Positions 16,749 to 24,526 of a DNA stretch of 64,000 nucleotides are shown here, piece after piece. How positions within the stretch are numbered: the first letter of the stretch is position 1; each line of letters opens with the position of its first letter. The translations under genes and the position numbers were made by a program. The stretch comes from Limisphaerales bacterium (GTDB lineage Bacteria; Verrucomicrobiota; Verrucomicrobiia; Limisphaerales; UBA11358), in the NCBI GenBank assembly GCA_025362675.1, contig JANYFN010000054.1, forward strand, positions 10,563 to 74,562, given 5' to 3'. Below the pieces are notes generated by a model that was not told the DNA's origin, ran no database searches, and was given only the letters and a program-made list of their open reading frames with translations.

Positions 16749-17849
16749 TTAGGCGGTCATCAGCGAACACCCACGTGGTTCTGCGAGTTGCGCGCGGCCA
16801 ACCAGTTCAAAGCCATCGCCGCGCCGAATGCCCAAATCTTCCGTCTGAATCGCGGCTACGGAAAACACATTTGCCAAATCAAAAATGCGGATGAGGCCGG
16901 TTTCACCATCCGCCACTTCGCGACCGGTTTCCGGCGAAATGATTTGCACTCGTGCCCACGGCGGCAATTCAAAAAAACGCATCAATCCCGGCACACCAGA
17001 CTCGGCTCGAATCGCAGAATCATAAGCCTGCGAACTCAATTCGCTCATGCCGTATTCGCAGGTGATCGACTTGACCCCGAGATGCTTTTTGATGAATGCG
17101 TGCAACTCCGCTTTGGGCAGCGAGCGCGAACGATTTTTGTAGCCGCCGGTTTCCATCACTCGCGAGTCGGCCGGCAGATGAAATGACAAATTATTCTCCG
17201 CCAGATAGTCCAGCAAATGCACAAATGAAAAAGCCGTGCCCAGCAATGTCAGCGGCTGCGCAGAATCGCAGGCGGATTTCAATTTACCGATGGTTGCGAC
17301 GAAATCTAGTTCCCAAGCACCGTCCGCCGAAATATTTCCCGTGAACGCGGATTCCGGCAGATGGAATTTTTTCCTCACGGTCTCAAACATGTGGACGAGC
17401 GAAGAATCCGGCGCGGCTTTGGGGTTGGGCGTGAGAAAAAGCAGTTCGCCCTGATGGCCAAAGTGCAGTTCGAACCATTTCCACAGCGATGCTTCATAAA
17501 GCTCAAGTGATTCGGCGCAATGAAAATGGCGGCTAGGTTTTTGCTCCGTCGTGCCGCTGGAATGAAAAACGGCGGTGCGCGCGGCGGGCGGGATGCTAGT
17601 CAGTTCGAGTTCCTTGAACGCGCTCGTCGGCACGGCGGGAATTTGCGTCCAATGCTCGACGACCTGCGGGGTCAGATTTTTTGCCGCGCAAATTTTTTGG
17701 TAGGCAGAATTGTTTTGGAACTGAAGCGCGAAGAGTTCGAGTGCCAGCGCGTCGAAATTTTGGTGCAGAGGCTGTTCGCCGGAGAGAAAATGGTGCAACT
17801 CAATCAGCCCGCGCAAACGGGTGGCAAATTTAGAAAGTTCTGGATTCAT
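16749..17849 (-). CDS. LuxE-type acyl-protein synthetase / adenylate-forming enzyme
   Basis: 366 aa. It has the adenylation motif ..FHSSGTTEQKP.., plus ..METGGYKNRS.. and ..YGMSELSSQ... The size and motif order match the LuxE family (PF04443, from memory). It is followed immediately by the LuxC-like gene. Confidence 0.75.
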   Translation of the reverse strand: MNPELSKFATRLRGLIELHHFLSGEQPLHQNFDALALELFALQFQNNSAYQKICAAKNLTPQVVEHWTQIPAVPTSAFKELELTSIPPAARTAVFHSSGTTEQKPSRHFHCAESLELYEASLWKWFELHFGHQGELLFLTPNPKAAPDSSLVHMFETVRKKFHLPESAFTGNISADGAWELDFVATIGKLKSACDSAQPLTLLGTAFSFVHLLDYLAENNLSFHLPADSRVMETGGYKNRSRSLPKAELHAFIKKHLGVKSITCEYGMSELSSQAYDSAIRAESGVPGLMRFFELPPWARVQIISPETGREVADGETGLIRIFDLANVFSVAAIQTEDLGIRRGDGFELVGRAQLAEPRGCSLMTA

Positions 17850-18016
17850 GCGGTGTTTGTTCGTGGCTGGTTTTCCGCTACAGCCATTATAATGCTAGCA
17901 GAAATTACTTTTCCGTCACAAGCGCGAAGTTCTTGGCCGCGTTTTTACCGTTCGGAAAGGCCGCCATTCGTGATCCTCCCCGTTGAATTTTCTAAAAAAG
18001 GCATCAAGATGCTTTT

Positions 18017-18262
18017 ATGAGAACCACCTTGACGCTTGATGCTGATGTGGCCGCGAAAGCCAAACGCGGCGCGGCCAAACTCGGCCAGCCATTCAAGCGC
18101 GTGATCAACTCCGCGCTACGCATCGGCCGGGATGAAGTTTTGAAACCAGCCGCCGCCAAGCCTTATAAAACCAAGGCGCGCGCTCTTGGGCTGCGACCCG
18201 GCTTAAGCTACGACAACATCGGCGAGCTGCTGGCAAAAATTCAAGGGGAAGATTACCGATGA
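18017..18262 (+). CDS. vapB: Antitoxin of a type II TA module (VapB-like)
   Basis: 81 aa. MRTTLTLDADVAAKAKRGAAKLGQPFKRVINSALRIG resembles a ribbon-helix-helix / VapB-type N-terminus. Its stop overlaps the start of the PIN gene (ATGA at 18259-18262). Confidence 0.7.
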   Translation: MRTTLTLDADVAAKAKRGAAKLGQPFKRVINSALRIGRDEVLKPAAAKPYKTKARALGLRPGLSYDNIGELLAKIQGEDYR

Positions 18263-18706
18263 TTTTGGTGGACGTGAATCTGCTGCTTTACGCCGAGGAC
18301 AAGTCTTCGGAATTTCATGTGGCGGACGCCACCTGGTGGGACGAGCAATTGGGACGAGCAATTGGGCGGCACGGAAACGGTGTGCTTGTGCTGGCCGGTC
18401 ATCAACGCCTTCATGCGCATCGGCACGAGCCTGCGCGCCAGTCGTCATCCACTCACGCTCGCCGAAGCCACTCACCGTGTGCAAAGCTGGTTCGACCAGC
18501 CGTGCGTCCGCCTCATCCAGCCGACGGAACATCATTGGAAAATTTTTCAGCAGATGCTCCGCGTGGGCCACGCCACGGCCAATCTGGTTTCCGCCGCGCA
18601 TCTGGCGGCACTGGCGGTGGAACACAATTGCGTTCTGCAATCCTGCGACAGCGACTTCGCCCGTTTTCGCGGCTTGAAATGGCGTAATCCGATTGCGGCG
18701 GATTGA
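18259..18706 (+). pseudogene. vapC: PIN-domain toxin VapC, frameshifted by a 13-bp tandem duplication
   Basis: The N-terminus MILVDVNLLLYAEDKSSEFHVADATWWDEQL is in frame A. The rest, GGTETVCLCWPVINAFMRIGT..AAHLAALAVEHNCVLQSCDSDFARFRGLKW.., is in frame B (track ORF 18317-18706). The switch occurs exactly at the duplication GGGACGAGCAATT x2. Deleting one copy restores a single 144-aa ORF. Confidence 0.8.
18338..18363 (+). repeat. Perfect 13-bp tandem duplication (GGGACGAGCAATT x2)
   Basis: Read directly: 18338-18350 and 18351-18363 are identical. The next bases, GGGCGGC, continue the vapC reading frame that precedes the first copy. Confidence 0.95.
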
Positions 18707-18798
18707 ACGGTCAACGATTGGGTCATCTAAAGCAATGGGTGATTTCCAACGGGATTAGATTGCTGCAAGCCGCGAATTGTGAGTTGATTTCACTCGTC

Positions 18799-19515
18799 AT
18801 GGCGATTCAACCACCAAAACGAAGTTATTGGGTCGGGTTTGTGATTATAACTATTTGTCTTTTGCTTTTTCCAATCAACAATGGCCCGCTGCGCTGCGCG
18901 ACTGTCGCTGCCCTAGCCATTTTGTTCGTTGCGGTGGTTCATAAGTTCAGAAAACGGAAACTGATTTTCTATGCCTTAATTTTTGTGGCCATTTTGTTAG
19001 CCATTTTCTTAGTGTCACCCGGCAGAAAGGGGGAGGCGGAAAAGTTGGCCAACGAATACACAGATGCGTTGCGAACTTACGAAGGCACGCGTTATATCTG
19101 GGGTGGTGAAAATAGGCTGGGAATTGATTGCAGCGGGTTGGTGCGCGCTGGATTGATCAAAGCAAATTTTCGGCAAGGCTTACTGACAATGAATCCAAAC
19201 TTGGTGCGCTTTTCATTGTCACTCTGGTGGCACGATTGTTCCGCCAAAGCATTGGGCGAGGGTTATCGCGACCAAACTAAACTCGTTTTATCCGTGCCGA
19301 GGATCAATGCTTTGGATGAGACCAACATTTTGCCGGGCGATATTGCGGTCACAAAAAGTGGGGTTCATGTGCTCGCATTTCTGGGAGGACATCGATGGAT
19401 TGAAGCTGATCCAGAAATCAAGCGGGTCATCCTTGTTCACACTCCGGATCACAAAAACCCTTGGTTCGACGAACCGGTTCGAATTATGCGTTGGACTGAG
19501 CTCGAATCGAAATAG
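18799..19515 (+). CDS. NlpC/P60 family cysteine peptidase, membrane-anchored
   Basis: The ATG at 18799 (MAIQPPKRSYW..) precedes three hydrophobic helices. The catalytic context is YIWGGENRLGIDCSGLVRAGL, with the later ..GDIAVTKSGVHVLAFLG..WIEADP supplying the His. The track start at TTG 18703 is less likely. Confidence 0.75.
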   Translation: MAIQPPKRSYWVGFVIITICLLLFPINNGPLRCATVAALAILFVAVVHKFRKRKLIFYALIFVAILLAIFLVSPGRKGEAEKLANEYTDALRTYEGTRYIWGGENRLGIDCSGLVRAGLIKANFRQGLLTMNPNLVRFSLSLWWHDCSAKALGEGYRDQTKLVLSVPRINALDETNILPGDIAVTKSGVHVLAFLGGHRWIEADPEIKRVILVHTPDHKNPWFDEPVRIMRWTELESK

Positions 19516-19534
19516 TTTCGCCGCAACCAGATTG

Positions 19535-20578
19535 TCAGTGTGACAGTTGTTTCCTCACCGTTTCCGCAATCTGAATAAACGCCTTGCCCGCCGCGTGATT
19601 CGGCGTGGAGACGACGATGGGCATTCCGCTGTCGCCGCCTTCGCGGATGGCGGTGAAGATCGGGACTTCGCCGAGGAACGGGACTTTTTGGCGCGCGGCT
19701 TCCGCTTTGCCGCCGCCGTGACCGAAAATTTCCACGCGTTCGCCGTTCGGCGTCGTGAAGTAGCTCATGTTTTCCACGATGCCAAGAATCGGCACGTTCA
19801 CTTTCTGGAACATCGAAATGCCTTTGCGCACCACGCCGAGCGACGCTTCTTGCGGCGTGCTGATGATGACGCCGCCATCGAGCGGCACGGTTTGGCAGAG
19901 GGAAAGTTGCGCATCGCCGGTGCCGGGCGGGAGATCCACGAGCAGAAAATCCAAATCACCCCATTCCACGGCCATGAGAAATTGCTGGATGGTTTTGGTG
20001 ATCATCGGCCCGCGCCAGATGACGGCCTGATCGTCGGGAACCAGGAGGCCGATGCTCATGACTTTCACGCCGTGGGCGACGGGCGGAACGAGTTGTTCGT
20101 TCGCGCTCACGGTGGGTTTTTCGTAAACGCCCATCATCAGCGGAATGCTGGGGCCGTAAATATCGCAATCAAGCAAACCGACTTTCGCGCCGAGGTGCGC
20201 GAGGGCGCAGGCGAGATTCACGGAGCAAGTGGATTTGCCCACGCCGCCCTTGCCGCTGGCGATGGCGAGGATGCGCTTGACGCCTTTGACTTTGTTTTGA
20301 TTGGCAAACGGACTGGCGGGCGCGGCGGTGCCGGCAGCCGGCTGACGAACGTCCACATGAATTTGTTTCACGCCGGGCAAAGCGGCGATGACTCTTTCGC
20401 TTTCGATTTTTATTTGCTGCGCGGCTTCGGGATTCGGCGAGGTCAATTGCATCATCACACTGACCGCGCCGTTCGCCGTGGAAACTTCTTTGACGAGGCC
20501 GAAGGAAACGATGTCGCGCGAGTAGCCGGGATACTTGACGGTTTTCAGCGCTTCTAAAATGGTGTCTTGCGAAAGCAT
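19535..20578 (-). CDS. mrp: Fe-S cluster carrier ATPase Mrp/ApbC
   Basis: It has an N-terminal DUF59-like ..ILEALKTVKYPGYSRDIVSFGLV.. segment. The deviant Walker A is ASGKGGVGKST. ..VDLPPGTGD.. and ..GIVENMSYF.. are also present. The ATG at 20578 is chosen over the TTG at 20599. Confidence 0.92.
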   Translation of the reverse strand: MLSQDTILEALKTVKYPGYSRDIVSFGLVKEVSTANGAVSVMMQLTSPNPEAAQQIKIESERVIAALPGVKQIHVDVRQPAAGTAAPASPFANQNKVKGVKRILAIASGKGGVGKSTCSVNLACALAHLGAKVGLLDCDIYGPSIPLMMGVYEKPTVSANEQLVPPVAHGVKVMSIGLLVPDDQAVIWRGPMITKTIQQFLMAVEWGDLDFLLVDLPPGTGDAQLSLCQTVPLDGGVIISTPQEASLGVVRKGISMFQKVNVPILGIVENMSYFTTPNGERVEIFGHGGGKAEAARQKVPFLGEVPIFTAIREGGDSGMPIVVSTPNHAAGKAFIQIAETVRKQLSH

Positions 20579-20727
20579 GGCGCATAAAATGACACTCAAA
20601 GGCGTGCAGGTAAAATTTATTTGATGCGGTAATTGGCCTCTGCCGTTTCGCTGCCGGTTTTCAATTGCGCTAAACGCATCGAAATGGGAGAGTATCGGTC
20701 TGATTTGTAATTAGAATTATTCTAAAC

Positions 20728-22068
20728 ATGACGCCCAAACCAAACAACGGAACGGAATCACTGGTCGCAACATTTTCGCAGTTGCCTGCCGCTGTGTCGC
20801 AACCGAAATGGCTCGCGCCGGTGCGCAAAGCCGGCATCGCGAGCTTTGCCGACCAGGGCTTTCCCCAATTGAGTGACGAGGACTGGCGCTTCACGAACGT
20901 CGCGCCGATTGCCAAATTAAATTTCCAACTCGCCGGTGAAGTTTCCGTGAACGGCGCCGAGAGCAAATTGCTGGACGAAGCCGCGTTCACCAAGCTGCCC
21001 GGCCATCGCCTCGTGTTCGTGAACGGATTTTTCTGCGCGAAACTCTCCAGCCTCAAGCCGGTGGTCAGTGGCGTGCGGATTGAAAATCTTTCCGCCGCGC
21101 TCGCGAAAGATTCCGCGCTTATCGAAAAACATCTTGGTAAATATGCGCATACGGCGAACAACACGTTTGCCGCTCTGAATCAGGCGTTTTTCACGGACGG
21201 TGCGTTTATCTTTGTGCCGAAAGGTGTCGAAATCAGCGAGCCGGTGCAGTTGATTTACATTTCGTCCGCAAAAAATTCCGGCGAAATGATTTTGCCGCGC
21301 AACCTCGTCGTCGCGGAAGCAAATAGCAAATTGACCGTCGTGGAAAGTTACATCAGCACCGGCAACGTGGCGTATTTCACCAACGCGGTGACGGAAATTT
21401 TAGCGGGCGACAACGCGAAAGTGGAGCACGTCAAATTGCAGGACGAAGCAACGGACGCGTATCACATCGCGACGATTGCGGGCGAGTTTGGTCGCGCGAG
21501 CAATGTCAGTGTGCATTCCATTGCGCTCGGCGCAAAAATTTCCCGCAACAACATCCGCACCAATCTCGCGGGCGAAGGTTTGGAGTGCGTGCTCAACGGA
21601 CTTTATCTGACGAAGGACGAGCAACTTGCCGACCATCACATGATCGTCGAGCACGCCCAACCGCACTGCGCGAGCCACGAATATTTCAACGGCATTCTCG
21701 ATGACAAATCGAAGGGTGTTTTTCATGGGCGCATTCTCGTTCGCGAAATCGCGCAGAAAACGGATGCGAAGCAGACGAACAAAAACCTGTTGCTTTCCGA
21801 CGACGCGACGGCGGACACGAAGCCGCAATTGGAAATTTACGCGGACGACGTGAAATGCACGCACGGCGCGACCATTGGCCAGTTGAATCAGGAAAGTATT
21901 TTTTATCTGCGTTCACGCGGCATGAGCCAGGACACGGCGCGGCAGATGTTGATCCACGCGTTCGCCGGCGAAATCATTGAGCGCATCAAGTGCGAACCGG
22001 CTCGTCAAGTAATTGACAAGCTCGTGTGGGATCGGTTGGAAGCGAATCCGCATTTGATTGGAAAATAA
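20728..22068 (+). CDS. sufD: Fe-S cluster assembly protein SufD
   Basis: 446 aa. The C-terminal half ..HAQPHCASHEYFNGILDDKSKGVFHGRILV..AQKTDAKQTNKNLLLSDDATADTKPQLEIYADDVKCTHGATIGQL..FYLRSRG is the SufB/SufD beta-helix signature. Confidence 0.9.
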   Translation: MTPKPNNGTESLVATFSQLPAAVSQPKWLAPVRKAGIASFADQGFPQLSDEDWRFTNVAPIAKLNFQLAGEVSVNGAESKLLDEAAFTKLPGHRLVFVNGFFCAKLSSLKPVVSGVRIENLSAALAKDSALIEKHLGKYAHTANNTFAALNQAFFTDGAFIFVPKGVEISEPVQLIYISSAKNSGEMILPRNLVVAEANSKLTVVESYISTGNVAYFTNAVTEILAGDNAKVEHVKLQDEATDAYHIATIAGEFGRASNVSVHSIALGAKISRNNIRTNLAGEGLECVLNGLYLTKDEQLADHHMIVEHAQPHCASHEYFNGILDDKSKGVFHGRILVREIAQKTDAKQTNKNLLLSDDATADTKPQLEIYADDVKCTHGATIGQLNQESIFYLRSRGMSQDTARQMLIHAFAGEIIERIKCEPARQVIDKLVWDRLEANPHLIGK

Positions 22069-22121
22069 TGCGTGATGCGTGATGCGTGAAAAATAAATCA
22101 CGAATCTCACGTCACGGATCA
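22066..22121. repeat. Heptamer-phased repeat element, copy C (inverted (TGCGTGA)3 / TCA-phased arms)
   Basis: Stops lie at a 7-nt phase: TAA 22066 (the sufD stop), then TGA at 22073, 22080 and 22087. An A-rich centre follows. TCA then occurs at 22098, 22112 and 22119, with a degenerate TCT at 22105. The last TCA abuts the sufU ATG at 22121. The arms are about 15/20 complementary. Confidence 0.8.
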
Positions 22122-22582
22122 TGAATATGTTCGACGACATCAACGACCTTTATCAGCAAGTGATTTTAGATCACTGCAAAAAGCCGCGCAATTTTCACGA
22201 GTTGGTGGCGGCGACCAATTCGGCGCAAGGTCATAATCCGCTTTGCGGCGATAATCTAAAATTATTTCTCACGCTAGATGGTGACGTGATCAAAGACGCG
22301 AGCTTCGTCGGTTCTGGTTGTTGCATCTCAAAAGCGTCGGCGTCGTTGCTCACGGATAATATCAAGGGCAAAACTAAAGCCGAGGCGGAGCAGATGTTTG
22401 AGCGGGTGCGCGAAATGGTGACGACGGGCAAGGTGGTGGGAGATGTCGCCAAGTTGGCGGTGTTTGCGGGCGTCTATAAATATCCGGCGCGGGTGAAATG
22501 CGCGATTCTCTCTTGGCACGCGTTGATGGGCGCGCTGAAGGGCGAGGCGAAGCCGATTTCAACCGAGACGGAAAATTCGTAA
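22121..22582 (+). CDS. sufU: SufU/IscU-type Fe-S scaffold (NifU N-terminal family)
   Basis: 153 aa. It carries ..LYQQVILDHCKKPRNF..GHNPLCGDNLKLFL..VGSGCCISKASASLL..AILSW.., the three-Cys scaffold pattern. Confidence 0.85.
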   Translation: MNMFDDINDLYQQVILDHCKKPRNFHELVAATNSAQGHNPLCGDNLKLFLTLDGDVIKDASFVGSGCCISKASASLLTDNIKGKTKAEAEQMFERVREMVTTGKVVGDVAKLAVFAGVYKYPARVKCAILSWHALMGALKGEAKPISTETENS

Positions 22583-22665
22583 ACCAGTTTGCGCCGCACA
22601 TTTCCGGCTTCTTTCAGTAATTTCCCTACGTGCCAACCGGCGCGTTTTATGCCATCCTCAATTCG

Positions 22666-23274
22666 ATGACGACGGCGAATAAAATCACCATTCTGCGAAT
22701 CCTGTTGATTCCGTTCTTCGTGGTGGAAATCCTTTACTACGTCGATACGGGCAATGAGCTTCACCGCCTGTTGGCGCTTTTGACTTTTGCCGTCGCGGCG
22801 ATTCTGGATGGCGTGGATGGCTACGTTGCGCGGCGTTACAATCAGTGGAGCGAACTCGGCACGATTTTGGATCCGCTCGCCGATAAATTACTGCTGGTGT
22901 CGGGCATTGTGGTATTGAGTTTTGATCATCACTCACGGCTGGAAACGATTCCGCTGTGGCTTACGGGCACGATCATCGGGCGGGATTTATTGCTCGGCAT
23001 CGGTGCCGTCGTCATTTGGCTCACCGTGGGGAAAATCAAAGTGCGCCCGCGGATGACGGGCAAAATCGCGACCGTGCTGCAAATGGCAACGGTGTTGTGG
23101 ATTTTATTGAAGTGGTCCGAGCAGCACGCGCAATGGCTTAAATATATTTCCCTTGGCGCGGCGATCTGCACCGGGCTGTCGGGGTTGCTCTACGTTTTTG
23201 ACGGCATGAAACAGCTTGGCACGCATCCCTCTAGCTCGCCGGCAAAAAATCAAAACCCGCAGGCCGAAAAATAA
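22666..23274 (+). CDS. CDP-alcohol phosphatidyltransferase (likely phosphatidylglycerophosphate synthase)
   Basis: The ATG at 22666 gives MTTANKITILRILLIPFFVV... The family motif DGVDGYVARRYNQWSELGTILDPLADK (D-G-x2-A-R..G-x3-D-x3-D) is present. It is a multi-TM protein of about 200 aa. Confidence 0.8.
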   Translation: MTTANKITILRILLIPFFVVEILYYVDTGNELHRLLALLTFAVAAILDGVDGYVARRYNQWSELGTILDPLADKLLLVSGIVVLSFDHHSRLETIPLWLTGTIIGRDLLLGIGAVVIWLTVGKIKVRPRMTGKIATVLQMATVLWILLKWSEQHAQWLKYISLGAAICTGLSGLLYVFDGMKQLGTHPSSSPAKNQNPQAEK

Positions 23275-23327
23275 ACGGAAAATTTTTTTGAATTATCGGT
23301 CCGCCGGGTTTATTTGTGATTCACATT

Positions 23328-23801
23328 ATGGCAAAAGAAATTGAACTTAAACTCAAGGTGGGTGACGTGGCGCCGAAATTTACCGTGGCGACCAGCGGCG
23401 GCGGAAAAATTTCGCTCGCGGATTACAAGGGCCAAAACGTCATCCTTTATTTTTATCCCAAGGACGATACACCGGGTTGCACGAAGGAAGCGTGCGCGTT
23501 CCGTGACGGATTCGCGGACTTCAAGAAAAAGGGCGCGGTCGTGCTCGGCGTCAGTCCGGACTCGGTGAAGTCACACGACAAGTTCGTGGAGAAATTCAAA
23601 CTGCCGTTCACGTTGCTGGCGGATGAGGATAAAAAAATTGTGCAGGCCTACGGCGTGTGGGGCGAGAAAACGTTTATGGGCCGAAAATATCAAGGTGTGT
23701 TTCGCGTGACGTTTCTCATCGGTCCAGATGGAAAGATCAAAAAAATTTGGCCGACCGTGAAGCCCGAAGAGCATGCGGCTGAAGTTTTGGCGGAGCTTTG
23801 A
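23328..23801 (+). CDS. bcp: Peroxiredoxin Bcp (thiol peroxidase)
   Basis: MAKEIELKLKVGDVAPKF..VILYFYPKDDTPGCTKEACAFRD.. carries the PxxxTxxC peroxidatic-Cys motif. The ATG at 23328 is chosen over the GTG at 23316. Confidence 0.9.
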   Translation: MAKEIELKLKVGDVAPKFTVATSGGGKISLADYKGQNVILYFYPKDDTPGCTKEACAFRDGFADFKKKGAVVLGVSPDSVKSHDKFVEKFKLPFTLLADEDKKIVQAYGVWGEKTFMGRKYQGVFRVTFLIGPDGKIKKIWPTVKPEEHAAEVLAEL

Positions 23802-23849
23802 GCCCGCTCACTGTGCGCCTAAATTTTATTGCGCTCGAAGTGTGATTTG

Positions 23850-23866
23850 CTAGGGTTAAACCCTAG
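23850..23866. promoter_or_regulatory. 17-bp perfect palindrome CTAGGGTT-A-AACCCTAG, a candidate operator
   Basis: Read directly. It is flanked by partially complementary TTGC / GCAA. It lies 25 nt upstream of the response-regulator ATG at 23891. Confidence 0.3.
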
Positions 23867-23890
23867 AGCAATCCAACGCCAACAATCTCC

Positions 23891-24304
23891 ATGAGCAACA
23901 TTCCTCCCATCAAAATGCGCCGAAAACTTCTGGTCGTGGACGATAATCCGGTCGTGGTCAAATCGCTCTGCTTAAAACTTGAGGCGGCGGGTTACGAGGT
24001 GATTACGGCGATGGATGGGGCCGAGGCGGTGGCGCAAGTGCGGAGGGAAAATCCCGAATTAATCCTTTTGGATTTAAGCTTTCCCGTGGACGTCACCAGT
24101 GTGCAGTGGGATGGATTTCGCCTCATTGAATGGCTGCACCGGCTGGATACTGCAAAAAAAATTCCGATCATTGTTATCACCAGCTCGGAAGATGCGAAAA
24201 CGAAGGAACGCGTCCTCGCGTCGGGTGTCGTGGCGTTGTTCCTCAAACCGTTGGAGCACGACGACCTCTTGAAAGTCATTCAAAACACGATCGGCAATTC
24301 CTGA
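23891..24304 (+). CDS. Stand-alone response-regulator receiver protein (CheY-like)
   Basis: 137 aa. ..LLVVDDNPVV..ILLDLSFP..IIVITSS..KP.. is the receiver-domain pattern. There is no output domain. Confidence 0.85.
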   Translation: MSNIPPIKMRRKLLVVDDNPVVVKSLCLKLEAAGYEVITAMDGAEAVAQVRRENPELILLDLSFPVDVTSVQWDGFRLIEWLHRLDTAKKIPIIVITSSEDAKTKERVLASGVVALFLKPLEHDDLLKVIQNTIGNS

Positions 24305-24357
24305 AAATTCGGCTTGCTAGCCGTCAGACTTCGTCTATTCTTATCACGCTTTCGGAA

Positions 24358-24433
24358 GCGAGCGTAGCTCAGTTGGTAGAGCATCACGTTGCCAACGTGA
24401 ACGTCGAGGGTTCAAATCCCTTCGCTCGCTCCA
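24358..24433 (+). tRNA. tRNA-Gly (anticodon GCC), CCA encoded
   Basis: Hand-folded cloverleaf:
- Acceptor stem GCGAGCG / CGCTCGC.
- D arm GCTC-AGTTGGTA-GAGC.
- Anticodon stem TCACG / CGTGA with loop TTGCCAA.
- T arm GAGGG-TTCAAAT-CCCTT.
- Discriminator T, then CCA.
A T-rich run follows. Confidence 0.93.
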
Positions 24434-24526
24434 TTTTTCTTCTTCTTTTTTTCGGTCGTCAACCGATGTCTGGTTGAGAAATAAATTGTCCCGTGCATTA
24501 ATTCGGGGCAAACTTTGCGTTCATTT

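Noticed and set aside
18317-18706. Treating 18259-18687, 18317-18706 and 18336-18677 as three separate small genes
   Set aside because: They are the three frames over one PIN-domain gene. The first two join seamlessly once the 13-bp duplication is removed. The third is an Arg/Ala-rich shadow frame.
24358-24433. tRNA-Gly as an integration hotspot flanked by a genomic island
   Set aside because: Both flanks are ordinary genes (receiver protein, hom-thrC). No integrase and no duplicated tRNA 3' end is visible within the window.
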